Positions 1 through 10,058 of a DNA stretch of 64,000 bases are shown here, one piece after another. The stretch lies in IMG/VR virus record IMGVR_UViG_3300025000_000057; one strand, written 5' to 3'. The stretch is from a virus. Its lineage: Duplodnaviria > Caudoviricetes. The notes beneath the pieces are model-generated. The model saw only the letters and a program-made list of their open reading frames with translations. It searched no databases and was not told the DNA's origin. Position 1 is the first letter of the stretch, and each line of letters opens with the position of its first letter. The translations under genes were made by a program, and so were the position numbers.

Positions 1-380
1 TGCATGTAATAAGCAAGTTTAGGGGCAATTGGATTATCGCCATCTTCAAGCATTCCTAGGTGACTTAATATGGTAGTAAGATATCCAGCCTCTTTAAAGG
101 CAATCTTAAACTGACCTGCTACTATACGATTACCTCTAGCTATCCAATCCCACGTACGACTAGCATAACCATAAACAGGACGAACCTGTTCTAATAACGT
201 AAACTGTAAACTTATAAGTTCATCTATCCATACATCTCCAAAGTAGATAGATAGATCGGCACCGGAGAAGTATTCTTCCGGAAACAATTGATATTCATAA
301 GATTCATCTCCAATGTAAGTTACCCCACGAGGAGCTATAATTTCAGATTTACTCTTTATAGGCACCTTATCTTCAGCCAT
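1..380 (-). CDS. Tail tube-like protein, paralog 3 (partial, runs off window start; absent from ORF track)
   Basis: Hand translation from ATG at 380 (RBS AGGTGA): MAEDKVPIK...YFSGADLSIYFGDVWIDELISLQFTLLEQVRPVYGYASRTWDWIARGNRIVAGQFKIAF. It aligns to the FSGAD...GEL...V...G...G motif of 1839-2633 and is open to base 1. Confidence 0.8.
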   Translation of the reverse strand, partial: MAEDKVPIKSKSEIIAPRGVTYIGDESYEYQLFPEEYFSGADLSIYFGDVWIDELISLQFTLLEQVRPVYGYASRTWDWIARGNRIVAGQFKIAFKEAGYLTTILSHLGMLEDGDNPIAPKLAYYM

Positions 381-384
381 ATCA

Positions 385-1776
385 TCACCTACTCTTAATT
401 ATCCATGCACAAGGAATTGTTCCTCCACGATTAGCTACACACGAGAGTCTTATTTGCACTCCGTTTACAAGATCAAATTGAGGATATAGTTTCTTAATCT
501 CATTTATAGCATCGAATGTAGTAACTCCGTCACTACCGGTAGTATCTCCTTTTTGATGTAGTTCTTTAATTGAATTTGGGTTGATTGTATTCTCAATACA
601 ATCAACCCACCACATCCATGTAACAGGCTCATCACTTAATTTGTATCCATTAGAAAAGAGCCTGGCAGCAAAGATCTCTCTGTAATTCATATCTTCTTCG
701 ATTACAGCTTGTTCGGGCCGTATTCGGATCATTGTAAAAGAACCTGTAGAATACTTCAAAACCATAGTTTTATCAGCTACGCCATTTTCTAATTCGTCTG
801 AAAGATAAATTGTCTGAACATCATCAGAATATCCATCACATACTGCTCTAATCCTAACTAGATCGTCGGCATGATTCCCACCAGGAGTATCGTATATAGG
901 CATATCCTCGAGGTCAAATTCGACCATATGATCATCACCACATGTATAGAAATTAGGTTCTGAAGGAAAAGCTCTGTTTTTCTTCGCTACCCATATCCGA
1001 ACTTTGGCTAGATTTAGAGGATGACTATCTTCGTCTCTAACAAACACTTTAAGCTTTACACTACCTATCTTATATCCAGAACTCTCTGAAGTCTGTGATT
1101 GTACTGGCGAAACTGTTGTTGTAGAACTAGATGCAGGAGGAATCTGAGATATTTGTGCATCAATGATTGCTTGCATCTCAGCCGCTTTCCTTTCCCATTC
1201 TGCAGCCGCAATCTCGGGAGCTAGATTTTCTACTTTAAACTTAGCCAGCATTTCATCCATTGCTCTGAATTCTGTCCTAGCTACGAAATTAACACCACCA
1301 AAACCAGCTCCTAATGGTTTGATATCTCTAGCTAGATATTGAAATGTATTCTCTGTCATCATATCTTCAACTGAGAATACTTTACCTTCATGTAGTGTAG
1401 TGATACCATAGATAACAAGAAAAGCCGAGCTCCCGTATTCGTTTGCCAAAGTTATAATAAGATCGAAAGGTGGTAATTCGTCCATAAGTATTCTTGGAAT
1501 ATCTTTAAGATAATCAATCTGCTCTTTTATATCTTCAATAATATGTCTATTGAATACTGTAAATATTATTTGTCCGGCAACTCTACGCCCACCTTTAGTA
1601 AATCCTTTAGCAGTAATTCGACCTATGGTTCTTACTTCATTTTTATCGCGAAGTACGGAGTAGCTAACTGTTGTAGCTTGACCAAGAGTAATTGGCTTAC
1701 AACCTGGAAATACCATGGATATAACCATGTCTGTCCCTGAGAATGTACCATAGCCGGGTAGTGATTCTAATTCCAC
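385..1776 (-). CDS. Tail tube-like protein, paralog 2 (possible tube initiator/hub) with C-terminal extension
   Basis: N-terminal ~160 aa (FSGTD...TVSYSVLRDK..V.TIG...RVAGQIIFTVFNR...DELPPFDLIITLANEYG) parallels 1839-2633. A Ser/Thr-rich linker and extra domains follow. The GTG at 1776 has GGTGA upstream, whereas the track start at 1788 abuts a terminator. Confidence 0.7.
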   Translation of the reverse strand: MELESLPGYGTFSGTDMVISMVFPGCKPITLGQATTVSYSVLRDKNEVRTIGRITAKGFTKGGRRVAGQIIFTVFNRHIIEDIKEQIDYLKDIPRILMDELPPFDLIITLANEYGSSAFLVIYGITTLHEGKVFSVEDMMTENTFQYLARDIKPLGAGFGGVNFVARTEFRAMDEMLAKFKVENLAPEIAAAEWERKAAEMQAIIDAQISQIPPASSSTTTVSPVQSQTSESSGYKIGSVKLKVFVRDEDSHPLNLAKVRIWVAKKNRAFPSEPNFYTCGDDHMVEFDLEDMPIYDTPGGNHADDLVRIRAVCDGYSDDVQTIYLSDELENGVADKTMVLKYSTGSFTMIRIRPEQAVIEEDMNYREIFAARLFSNGYKLSDEPVTWMWWVDCIENTINPNSIKELHQKGDTTGSDGVTTFDAINEIKKLYPQFDLVNGVQIRLSCVANRGGTIPCAWIIKSR

Positions 1777-1792
1777 TAGATCACCCACTTTA

Positions 1793-1824
1793 TAACAAAG
1801 GGGCCGTAAAAGGCCCCTTTGTTA
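1793..1824 (-). terminator. Intrinsic terminator after tail tube gene
   Basis: 13-bp stem TAACAAAGGGGCC/GGCCCCTTTGTTA with a 6-nt loop, directly downstream of the 1839 stop. Confidence 0.75.
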
Positions 1825-1838
1825 GGTATATTTATACT

Positions 1839-2633
1839 TTATGCAGTTTTGGTGTAATCCCTATTGCCGTATTTAGCATCACCCTGGAATACGCCTTGCA
1901 TAATCGGAGAAAGCTTTCTTGCAAGCCAGGTGATCCTGCGTTCCATGATTATAGTATCAACAGAAACTCCAGAACCTTCGTTAAGGAAATCCATGTCATA
2001 TATCTTTTGGAACGCTGCATTACCATACTCATTGGCGAAAGTAAGAGTTACATCAATCGGTGGTAACTGATCGATGTAAACTACGTTTTCAATATGCATT
2101 AATTCAAAGCCTGGTGGTAAATATAGCTCTTTACCAGAGGCAACAGCACTACCATCAGACCATTGATCTGCACCAGCGGCTCCCTCTACGTTTGCAAGAG
2201 CATTGCCAGAATTATTCCACCCAGCCATGTCAAGATAATCTTCAAAACTACGACCACGCATAGCCGTTGGGGTATTATCTCCCCATTGATTTGCGTTTGG
2301 TTCGATATAGAGCATATTGCCACCGGCTGTAAACATGCGTTCAGGAGCAATATCCTTCCACTGCATCTTAATCTCTTCCATAAGAGCGTCACGGTCGAAT
2401 ACGGCAAGAACTACCGAACCACCGATACCACGTTTATTACGAGAAACAGCTCTGGCGTCTGCACTGCCAAGAGTAAATACAGGGGATTTTTCACGTTGTA
2501 CAGCCCAGGATATTTGCTGCAGTTCGCCAATAATACGTTTACCAAAGCTAACTTGTAAATCAGCACCGCTAAAGGCACTTAGCGAAGCTACTGAACCGCC
2601 AGCTAATATACCGTACCCAGCATGATCTGCCAT
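1839..2633 (-). CDS. Major tail tube protein (putative)
   Basis: Directly downstream of the sheath gene with strong RBS AAAGGAGGT and followed by a terminator; motifs FSGADLQVSFG...GELQQISW...DQLPPIDVTLTFANEYG. Confidence 0.7.
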   Translation of the reverse strand: MADHAGYGILAGGSVASLSAFSGADLQVSFGKRIIGELQQISWAVQREKSPVFTLGSADARAVSRNKRGIGGSVVLAVFDRDALMEEIKMQWKDIAPERMFTAGGNMLYIEPNANQWGDNTPTAMRGRSFEDYLDMAGWNNSGNALANVEGAAGADQWSDGSAVASGKELYLPPGFELMHIENVVYIDQLPPIDVTLTFANEYGNAAFQKIYDMDFLNEGSGVSVDTIIMERRITWLARKLSPIMQGVFQGDAKYGNRDYTKTA

Positions 2634-2654
2634 TAGGTCTACCTCCTTTATAGT

Positions 2655-2690
2655 TCACCAATACGAGTACTTATTTACTCGTATTGGTGA
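2655..2690. promoter_or_regulatory. 15-bp perfect hairpin between sheath and tube genes (possible mRNA processing/stabiliser)
   Basis: TCACCAATACGAGTA-CTTATT-TACTCGTATTGGTGA; no U-tract; just upstream of the tube RBS. Confidence 0.55.
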
Positions 2691-2696
2691 TATCAA

Positions 2697-5282
2697 TTAA
2701 TATGGTTGTACATTAACAATGGTGGTGATTTGTTTTAAAGTTCCAGGCGGAATTACGGTTAGTTTAACCTTAGATCTACCAAGAACCCTGTCAAGATTAC
2801 TAGCAATAATCTCGAACTTAACATCTGTAACACTGCCGTCACCAACCGGTACCGGTTTAAGAGCACTAAAACGTTTTTCAATAGCGGTACCCATGGCATT
2901 TTGATTCGTTACAGAAGGAGCTTCACCAATATACGGACGACATGCTACCCTAAGTTCGTCAACGCACTTCTTAACAGACCGCCAGTTAACTAAGTTAGCA
3001 TAATCACTACCTGGTTGGGCAGCTGTCATACTGTCAGTTACAGTTACGGTACGGCCATTATCTTCAACTCCATAAGTAACAAACCGAGCAGCAGTTAAAG
3101 CATTCAACTGTTGATTACCGTAAGTATAACGTAATCCGACAATACCAGGAACTTTCTTACCAAGAGGACTTGAACTTACAGGCGTAGCAGAGATCATACC
3201 TGCATAAATAGCGGCGGAGTTAACATTGTACCTTCCGAGCACTTGGTGCTTAAATGTTACATCCGGGCCAGCAAGTACGGACATATACCTACCAAGGTCG
3301 AAAAGTTGACCCTCGTCGTCATATATAACATTACCAGCAGTATCCTTCATAAAGTAGTTATTCGGACAATCATTTATTAAGTGATTAGCATGATTGTAGA
3401 TATCCAGTAAGGATGTATCCTCGGGAGAGTTAGTGGCAATGATACCATGAACTACCCGGCTTCTAAAAGAGATAACGGCGCAGGCCATACCAAGCTGGTA
3501 ACCGAAGTTATTCTCAGGATTCGGTAACTCATCATCTGTGAAAACATCCATTGGAACGATCATATCGACCTTATAGTTCTCTAACAGCTGGTATGCACCA
3601 AGAGTTAGGTATTCACCAGTAACCGGATCTTTCTTACCACCCATAGCCTCGAATAGTGCCTGCTTGGAAATGTCTATACCACTATTCCCACCCTCGAAAT
3701 AACTCTTAGCCATACTTGCCATGGTCTTGGTTAGCAAGTTATTGAAATGGGTTTTAGTACGAGCTTTAACGATACCATTACCGGTATCTAAATCAACATT
3801 AATAGCTTGTACCATGCTATTAAAAGTCGGGTATTTTAAAGAACTGTACTCTAACGGTTTGGTACTCGGGCCGACCTTAGCTACCGGCATTTGGATAATC
3901 AGTTTCTTACCTACTACTTGTCCAGCCACATTTAATACATTTTCAACCCATGCTGAGGTTTGATTATATACATCACCACCCCAGGGGGTTTCCAAAGTTA
4001 TCTCCGGAGTTACGGTACTGGTTAGTTCGTAAGTATACAATGTTACGAGATCGATACCGGGCTCTAAGCGAGCTTCTGCTTTAACAGTAAGTTTCTTGGT
4101 CTCAAGATCTACAGAGAACAGATTGGCAACAATGGCCGTTCCCTTAACAAGCAAACGAGTTGTTTCTAACATAGGAACGTGAGTCAGGTCGTATACAGTA
4201 TCGCTACCTTTAGCAATCCAGTCGATAACCGTACCGTCCACTTTAGAGGTATAGTTTTCGGTATAGGTAACCATGTCGGATTCGTTTCCATCACCAACTA
4301 AATCAACAGCGTATTTAACAGTAATCAGTGAGTTAGCTTTACACACATCGGCCTTAATTGTAACCGTAGCGTTTACAAATACCGACTCTGTTATCTCTGC
4401 TAAAACGCTACTATCAGATACTTTTATTAATGCAATCTTGTATTCGTATAGTCCGCCTTTAGAGAATTTAGCACTAAACTCTTTGGATTCATCATCAAGA
4501 ACGAATCCAGTAGTACCGCCATATATAGCGACTCCGTTGGTAAAGGGCATTGGTTGGTACACGCCTGCATCATCACGATATTTAAGAGTTATATCAGCCG
4601 CCTTACTAATATCTGTAAGAGTAATTCTAATTTTAACATCTTCGTCCGCATTTACATTAGCAATAGTATTAATTTTGAAGTCTGCTTCTTGATTAGCGCC
4701 AACAGGAGCTGCAAGTAAGTTAGAGTAGATTATAGATTCAATACCATCATCTTCTCCGCCAAACGGAACATCGGGCTGTACGGTGGCCGTACTAGCCTTG
4801 TTCAACTCATAAGCTGCAGCAAGTAAAGCATCTGCATCGGCCTTAACTTCAACAATTTTAGCTACAGGTGCATGTCCAAGTACGAAAGTAACTTCGTTAT
4901 TACCCTTGGTAGTAAAGACCTGCTCGTAGGGAGTTGGGTCTTTGTATAGAATAGGGTTGGCTTCTATTTTTAATGAAGCGCCATGACCGGACACTCGCAT
5001 TAAACGGACATCTCGACAACCAGATTGCCAAACTTCTTCAAAACCTCGCAGCAAACTCGCTCCATTAGGAATACCAGTATCATCAACCACTTTACCGAAC
5101 ATGCTGGCAGTAGCCGGATCTACAGCTACCGGTGTGTACATTGGCCCATCGGTAGATGTACCCATAATTAATACGGATTCAGTCTTTGGAGGGTTTTGCT
5201 CAGGTTGTAATGCCGCAAAACCGCCATCTTTAAATTCTACAAGATGGCCCGGTAAATATGGATACATATCTTTGAACGCCAT
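2697..5282 (-). CDS. Tail sheath protein with inserted Ig-like/surface domains
   Basis: N-terminal YPYLPG...VLIMGTSTDGP.Y.PV and C-terminal sheath domain (A.FVTYGV....V.V.D.MT...Y.NL...R.V..CV..LR.....YIGE); ~330-aa central insertion. Confidence 0.85.
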   Translation of the reverse strand: MAFKDMYPYLPGHLVEFKDGGFAALQPEQNPPKTESVLIMGTSTDGPMYTPVAVDPATASMFGKVVDDTGIPNGASLLRGFEEVWQSGCRDVRLMRVSGHGASLKIEANPILYKDPTPYEQVFTTKGNNEVTFVLGHAPVAKIVEVKADADALLAAAYELNKASTATVQPDVPFGGEDDGIESIIYSNLLAAPVGANQEADFKINTIANVNADEDVKIRITLTDISKAADITLKYRDDAGVYQPMPFTNGVAIYGGTTGFVLDDESKEFSAKFSKGGLYEYKIALIKVSDSSVLAEITESVFVNATVTIKADVCKANSLITVKYAVDLVGDGNESDMVTYTENYTSKVDGTVIDWIAKGSDTVYDLTHVPMLETTRLLVKGTAIVANLFSVDLETKKLTVKAEARLEPGIDLVTLYTYELTSTVTPEITLETPWGGDVYNQTSAWVENVLNVAGQVVGKKLIIQMPVAKVGPSTKPLEYSSLKYPTFNSMVQAINVDLDTGNGIVKARTKTHFNNLLTKTMASMAKSYFEGGNSGIDISKQALFEAMGGKKDPVTGEYLTLGAYQLLENYKVDMIVPMDVFTDDELPNPENNFGYQLGMACAVISFRSRVVHGIIATNSPEDTSLLDIYNHANHLINDCPNNYFMKDTAGNVIYDDEGQLFDLGRYMSVLAGPDVTFKHQVLGRYNVNSAAIYAGMISATPVSSSPLGKKVPGIVGLRYTYGNQQLNALTAARFVTYGVEDNGRTVTVTDSMTAAQPGSDYANLVNWRSVKKCVDELRVACRPYIGEAPSVTNQNAMGTAIEKRFSALKPVPVGDGSVTDVKFEIIASNLDRVLGRSKVKLTVIPPGTLKQITTIVNVQPY

Positions 5283-5295
5283 GTGCCTTCCTCCT

Positions 5296-5916
5296 TTAGG
5301 ATTCTATAATATTAGTTGGATTTATTACTTCGGCTAGTATTTGTAGCTCGTGTAGAGTTCGTGTGCGCTCTACCATTGTTTCAACGACATAGGCATTATA
5401 GATTAATGTCGTTTCGCACAATTTCTGCCTACTTGATTTTTCAATCTTAGGTTTTTCTTCCTTTTCGAATTCTAACTGAAGAAGACCATGCTCTTTAAAG
5501 TACCCAACATAATTCTCCAGAAAGTATTCAAGTTTACCAGCCATGACTCTACTTGCACGATTTGTTTTGTGATAACATTTCCATGCAACATTACATTTGA
5601 AGATTCTTTGCTTTATAGTTAAGTGAAATCCCGGATTATCCGGGTCATCCATAACATGCATAACATGACTTCTAAAGCTTTTGAATTGTTCTGCCCTTTT
5701 TCTTTCTCTTAACTCGAATGTAATATGAGGAGCTGGTTGAGTTTCAGGATCGTTACCGGTAGGCTCCTCTTCAGAATAAATACCCCAGTTATTACCCCAT
5801 GCTGCATTTAATATCTTATGAAGAGCATTGCTAAACCCATCAAGAGTAGCACAATCGTTGCCGGAATCGTCAAGTGTAAAGGGATCGAAGGTAACCTTGG
5901 TTTTAAGTTGATCCAC
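5296..5916 (-). CDS. Tail completion/terminator-like protein (putative)
   Basis: Lies between the two sheath genes; 206 aa; P.ITFEL..R motif. Position-based call. Confidence 0.4.
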   Translation of the reverse strand: MDQLKTKVTFDPFTLDDSGNDCATLDGFSNALHKILNAAWGNNWGIYSEEEPTGNDPETQPAPHITFELRERKRAEQFKSFRSHVMHVMDDPDNPGFHLTIKQRIFKCNVAWKCYHKTNRASRVMAGKLEYFLENYVGYFKEHGLLQLEFEKEEKPKIEKSSRQKLCETTLIYNAYVVETMVERTRTLHELQILAEVINPTNIIES

Positions 5917-7549
5917 TGGCCAGGTTCACCTCCATTGGAACTTCAATATCTTGTGTAGTATACTTTCCTGCCAACTTCAACGAAGCTCTCCACCAGGTAG
6001 CGGTTGTTCTGTCTAACAAAAGGGAACCGTTTAATATTGCATTGGCTTTCTTTAACTCTTCCAATACTTTAGTTGAACCCTCTGTAATCTCTTTGTGAAG
6101 TACCGCCCAATCCCTTGGTATAGTACGACCCTTATATCTTTTAAAGAAGTTGTTTAGAAACCATAAGGTATATTGAACCATCTTCACATTTATTACATCG
6201 TGCATATCACTACTCGGTAGCGAAGGTGTTACTCCATTGTGTATAACGAGATTGTATTTAGGAGACACTCTACACGCAACTACACCCATTGTAGATAGGA
6301 TCTTAAGTTCTTCTGTCTCATATACCGGCCGGTATTTAGGTACTTTCTTAGTACCATCCCTATTTAATACAAAATCAGATGGTACTGGCATATTAGTTGT
6401 GTGGTTCGTCATACTACTCTTGGCTAACATGCCTGCATATATAACAGCTCCATTATCCCAATACTCATTTTCAAACCCCTCCTGAAATAAGAAGTCACCA
6501 GCAAATATAGAGATATACCAACCCTTATCTTTTAATCTAGAACCTTTAACTTCTGATAATCCTAATCTATCGTTAAATGCAGTTACTTGTAGAAGTCGAG
6601 ATGTATAGAAGTATCCAAGATCCTGCATCCTGTTTAATAACTCTTCTTTAAACGGTCTAAGCCCAATAACACCATGAGTTACAAATCCCGATGTTTCCTG
6701 ATTCCTACAGAAATCAATTAATTGCTCATGAAAGCTACATCTCTTTTGTTCAACCGTGTCGTATAGCATCAATACATCATCATTAGAAGTATATCCGGAT
6801 TCTCCGTATATTCCAGAGCCATAATAGCTCGGATCGTATACATCATCGAAATAAACACCTAGTGGAACAATTAGATTAATCCCTCTACCTCCTAGTATCT
6901 CATAGGTAGTGTGTAAAGCTAGATACAAATCATCTTTAATTAAAGATGTACCATCATTTCCGCCGGATAGGTATTGCTCGGGTAAATTCATACCAACCAT
7001 GGATATTGAATTCATAAATGGCGTAAGAGTATTTGCATATACAAAGTTATTACCAGCATCAGTATCTCTGTTGATAGCTTGAACTAGTTGTATAAAAGTT
7101 GGGAATATATCAAGATAATACGCTATAGGTTCGCCTATTTGCTGCTGTGGATAAAATACTAAAGCCCATTTAACAATTTCTTTATTATCAGAGAGATTTT
7201 CTATGACAATCTTGATTTCGTTATATTTAACAGCAGCGCCTTTGCTTCTTAAGATGAGACATTTACACATCTGACTAGTAGCTTCGTCTAAAGCGTAATA
7301 AGTAAGTTTTGCGTAGCTACCACTTACTTTAACTAGGAAATAATTAAGATCCGGGTACTTGCTATATCCCTGAAGAAATCCCTTATATAAAGTTCCTTCA
7401 GTTCCGAATACATTCACGGCTTGTTCTGGTGAAGTTATCTGCTTTGGCTGATTAACAGGCCCGTCATTTCCTGTTCCTAAAAGAAATACGCTGTTAAGGT
7501 ATGGTATTTCCTTCTCGACTACACCATCTGGCCGATGATATCCGTACAT
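5903..7549 (-). CDS. Second tail sheath-like protein
   Basis: VFLLGTGNDGPVNQPKQITSPEQAVNVFG sheath N-terminal motif; LSGGNDG; C-terminal region parallels 2697-5282. Confidence 0.7.
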   Translation of the reverse strand: MYGYHRPDGVVEKEIPYLNSVFLLGTGNDGPVNQPKQITSPEQAVNVFGTEGTLYKGFLQGYSKYPDLNYFLVKVSGSYAKLTYYALDEATSQMCKCLILRSKGAAVKYNEIKIVIENLSDNKEIVKWALVFYPQQQIGEPIAYYLDIFPTFIQLVQAINRDTDAGNNFVYANTLTPFMNSISMVGMNLPEQYLSGGNDGTSLIKDDLYLALHTTYEILGGRGINLIVPLGVYFDDVYDPSYYGSGIYGESGYTSNDDVLMLYDTVEQKRCSFHEQLIDFCRNQETSGFVTHGVIGLRPFKEELLNRMQDLGYFYTSRLLQVTAFNDRLGLSEVKGSRLKDKGWYISIFAGDFLFQEGFENEYWDNGAVIYAGMLAKSSMTNHTTNMPVPSDFVLNRDGTKKVPKYRPVYETEELKILSTMGVVACRVSPKYNLVIHNGVTPSLPSSDMHDVINVKMVQYTLWFLNNFFKRYKGRTIPRDWAVLHKEITEGSTKVLEELKKANAILNGSLLLDRTTATWWRASLKLAGKYTTQDIEVPMEVNLASGST

Positions 7550-7553
7550 ATTA

Positions 7554-8072
7554 TCAACTCCCCGGGATCTCGTAAGTTATTACACTGCCATATTTCTTAA
7601 GGGCTATCTTATATTTACTGCTATCAAAAGGTATCGACTTTATATACATTTCATAGAACTCGATCCTTCCGTTATCTCCTCGATTCGGCTGTATGTGATT
7701 CACTTCGTATACATAACGGACGTTGGTAGGTCTTAACCCTTTCCAACCTACTTCAATAACAACATCTCCTACTCGGGGATGTACACTATATTTTACATAT
7801 AACACATCGGCGGGAACCCATGAGTTACCTATAGGAGATTCTTCATGAAGATTAGGATATGTTACTGTTTGCATAGCATTATTACCCCGTACTATATGTC
7901 TTTCTAGTCTGATAAGCCATCCAGACCCTAGACATATTGGACAACGAGGATCTGCCTCTCTCCATCTATTATCCCAGCATTTACATCGTATCTTTCTATT
8001 ACTTCTTTGATAAAGAATAGGATGACCATAATCTCTTAATATCTCGCTTAACCCCTGCCGTAAATCGATCAT
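7554..8072 (-). CDS. Neck/head-closure protein with Zn-ribbon (putative)
   Basis: C.CW...ADPRCPICLGSGW motif and position in the neck region. Confidence 0.5.
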   Translation of the reverse strand: MIDLRQGLSEILRDYGHPILYQRSNRKIRCKCWDNRWREADPRCPICLGSGWLIRLERHIVRGNNAMQTVTYPNLHEESPIGNSWVPADVLYVKYSVHPRVGDVVIEVGWKGLRPTNVRYVYEVNHIQPNRGDNGRIEFYEMYIKSIPFDSSKYKIALKKYGSVITYEIPGS

Positions 8073-8081
8073 ATCATCACC

Positions 8082-8687
8082 TTAAAAAGTCCTAGTTGCA
8101 AGCGAATAAGGACTTACGTTATTTCCACGTACCACGACTTTCGGAACTGGTTTAACAGCCCCTGTGTTAACATAAATCAATCTACCTTCCCAATAGGCAA
8201 ATTGTTCAGCTAAGTGTTGTCTAACCTTAGCTAAATCGATAAGTAATGATGGGCCTTGTTTGTCAATTTGCAAGTTACCTAAACGTTTAGATTCCCGTCC
8301 TCCGGCATTTACTAACTCGTAGAATATTTGGTTAGCTAAATCTAAACTAGCCTTATATCTTACATACATCTTGATAGCAAGGTTGACTGCCCTTAATTCA
8401 GCATCGTACAGGCTTGAATAATCAATCTCTTGAATAAGAAGAAAGTCTTCAAGACGGTTACTACTATCTTTGATAGCAAAGAGTATATCCCAGTTCGTGA
8501 AAGCTGTAGTAAACGTACCAAGTTCTTGACGAACTTCATTCATTCCGCAATACACCGGTTGCTGGTTAATGTCTGTAGTAACTTGCGATATGAATGACCA
8601 TTCTTTATAAACACCAGGCAGATCTATAGTAACTGTATACTTAATATTAGGACTTAAGTGAGTACTGCCATAATATTGTATAGCCAT
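8082..8687 (-). CDS. Head-tail adaptor (putative)
   Basis: YCGMNEVRQELG...helical...ESKRLGNLQI pattern typical of adaptors; position. Confidence 0.45.
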   Translation of the reverse strand: MAIQYYGSTHLSPNIKYTVTIDLPGVYKEWSFISQVTTDINQQPVYCGMNEVRQELGTFTTAFTNWDILFAIKDSSNRLEDFLLIQEIDYSSLYDAELRAVNLAIKMYVRYKASLDLANQIFYELVNAGGRESKRLGNLQIDKQGPSLLIDLAKVRQHLAEQFAYWEGRLIYVNTGAVKPVPKVVVRGNNVSPYSLATRTF

Positions 8688-8689
8688 TC

Positions 8690-8953
8690 TTATCGCCTCA
8701 CTTTAATCAAGACATCGTCCTGCTCTGAACAAGGTTCTGTGAGTTGTATTTCATTTCCTGATATTTCAATGAAATCGATACCTAAGTATTGATACTGTCC
8801 ATTAACGTATACTTCAACTTGATTACTACCAGGCACATAGGTATCACAGATAAATCTATTAACACCGGCTGAAATATTTTCATATACCTTGGTAGATATC
8901 TTATCACTTTCTTTAATTATGGGGATTAGAAGTTTAACTGACACCTCCAGCAC
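8690..8953 (-). CDS. Small virion protein (fibre-associated beta module)
   Basis: VEVYVNGQYQYLGIDFIE motif, also seen at the C-terminus of 27301-29235 (VFVNGSLQAPTVHYTE). Confidence 0.5.
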   Translation of the reverse strand: MLEVSVKLLIPIIKESDKISTKVYENISAGVNRFICDTYVPGSNQVEVYVNGQYQYLGIDFIEISGNEIQLTEPCSEQDDVLIKVRR

Positions 8954-10034
8954 CCCCTATTACCTTAATGCGAAACTTATGCATATTTGGAGCTAAGATT
9001 AATGTTGGACGTTTAACTACCCTGATCCAGAATAGACCATAACCGTCGGCATCGATTGCACCAAGTACCGCCTCCTTCCCCCAAACTCCTGGATTTCCAT
9101 TTACATCTGGAGATACCTGTACCCAATCGTAACCGTAATATCCGGGTTCCGGTTCGATAACGACAGTAGCACTAGTAAGCGGTATATACTTTTCTGGGTT
9201 ATGAGCAAGTAGCTGTATTTCTAATTTCCCGTTGTACAAATTGCCAAGCATATTATCTACGTTAGTAGAGAGTAACTTTCCATTATAGTAAACATCAAGA
9301 TTAATATAGCTATACCAGAATATATCGCCACCGGTTATCTCAATAATTCCTGTATCAGCTATAGCCGTACCATCCTTATCTAATACCAGTATTTGAGCCT
9401 TTATAATAAGTTCTTTAAACGGATCGAGATTTACCCGAACTTGATAGTTAGTCTCGACACTATCAAAAAGAACTGCTCCATCTTTAACCAGTAGCACTCT
9501 AGAATCTTCGGGGAGGTTATCTATTTGAATAATATTAGATTTAGTAAAGATAAATTGATTTACCTCTAACGGACGAGTACTACTTTTGTCTAGAAAAAAA
9601 CCTATTTTAGCGCCATCTATATATTTAGTACCTCCCACGATCTGCCACTTGCCGTCATCTTTCCTCGCCCAGGATTCGATGTATTCGCCTTTTTTAATGA
9701 ACCGTAATTTATCATATATAGCTGTATCCATTTCATTGTAATAACTAACGAGTTTGATAACTACATCTTCGCTATTAAAGAAGCATATACCAGCACAATC
9801 ACCTTCTACAGAAGGTGTAAAATCTATTTTACACTCACAAACGAAGTCTACAACTGGGATATCTCTTATTATATAGACTTCAACATTTCCTGGTAAAATA
9901 CGCAGCCACCCTGGCCGAGAAATAAGATCCAGTCTTTCTGGTAGATTGGGGGAAACGTACCAGGCGGATTCTAATATAGTCTTGTCAAAGTATAACGTTA
10001 TAATTTTGCCGAGTTGTGTACGCTCCAATAACAT
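8934..10034 (-). CDS. Virion protein with concanavalin-like lectin/GH43-C-like N-terminal domain (possible receptor binding)
   Basis: W...P....DL.SRPGWLRI...DF..E.K..F.P...GD.AGI..F.SED pattern. Confidence 0.45.
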   Translation of the reverse strand: MLLERTQLGKIITLYFDKTILESAWYVSPNLPERLDLISRPGWLRILPGNVEVYIIRDIPVVDFVCECKIDFTPSVEGDCAGICFFNSEDVVIKLVSYYNEMDTAIYDKLRFIKKGEYIESWARKDDGKWQIVGGTKYIDGAKIGFFLDKSSTRPLEVNQFIFTKSNIIQIDNLPEDSRVLLVKDGAVLFDSVETNYQVRVNLDPFKELIIKAQILVLDKDGTAIADTGIIEITGGDIFWYSYINLDVYYNGKLLSTNVDNMLGNLYNGKLEIQLLAHNPEKYIPLTSATVVIEPEPGYYGYDWVQVSPDVNGNPGVWGKEAVLGAIDADGYGLFWIRVVKRPTLILAPNMHKFRIKVIGGAGGVS

Positions 10035-10058
10035 TTCCCAGCAACCCCTTTTACCTTA

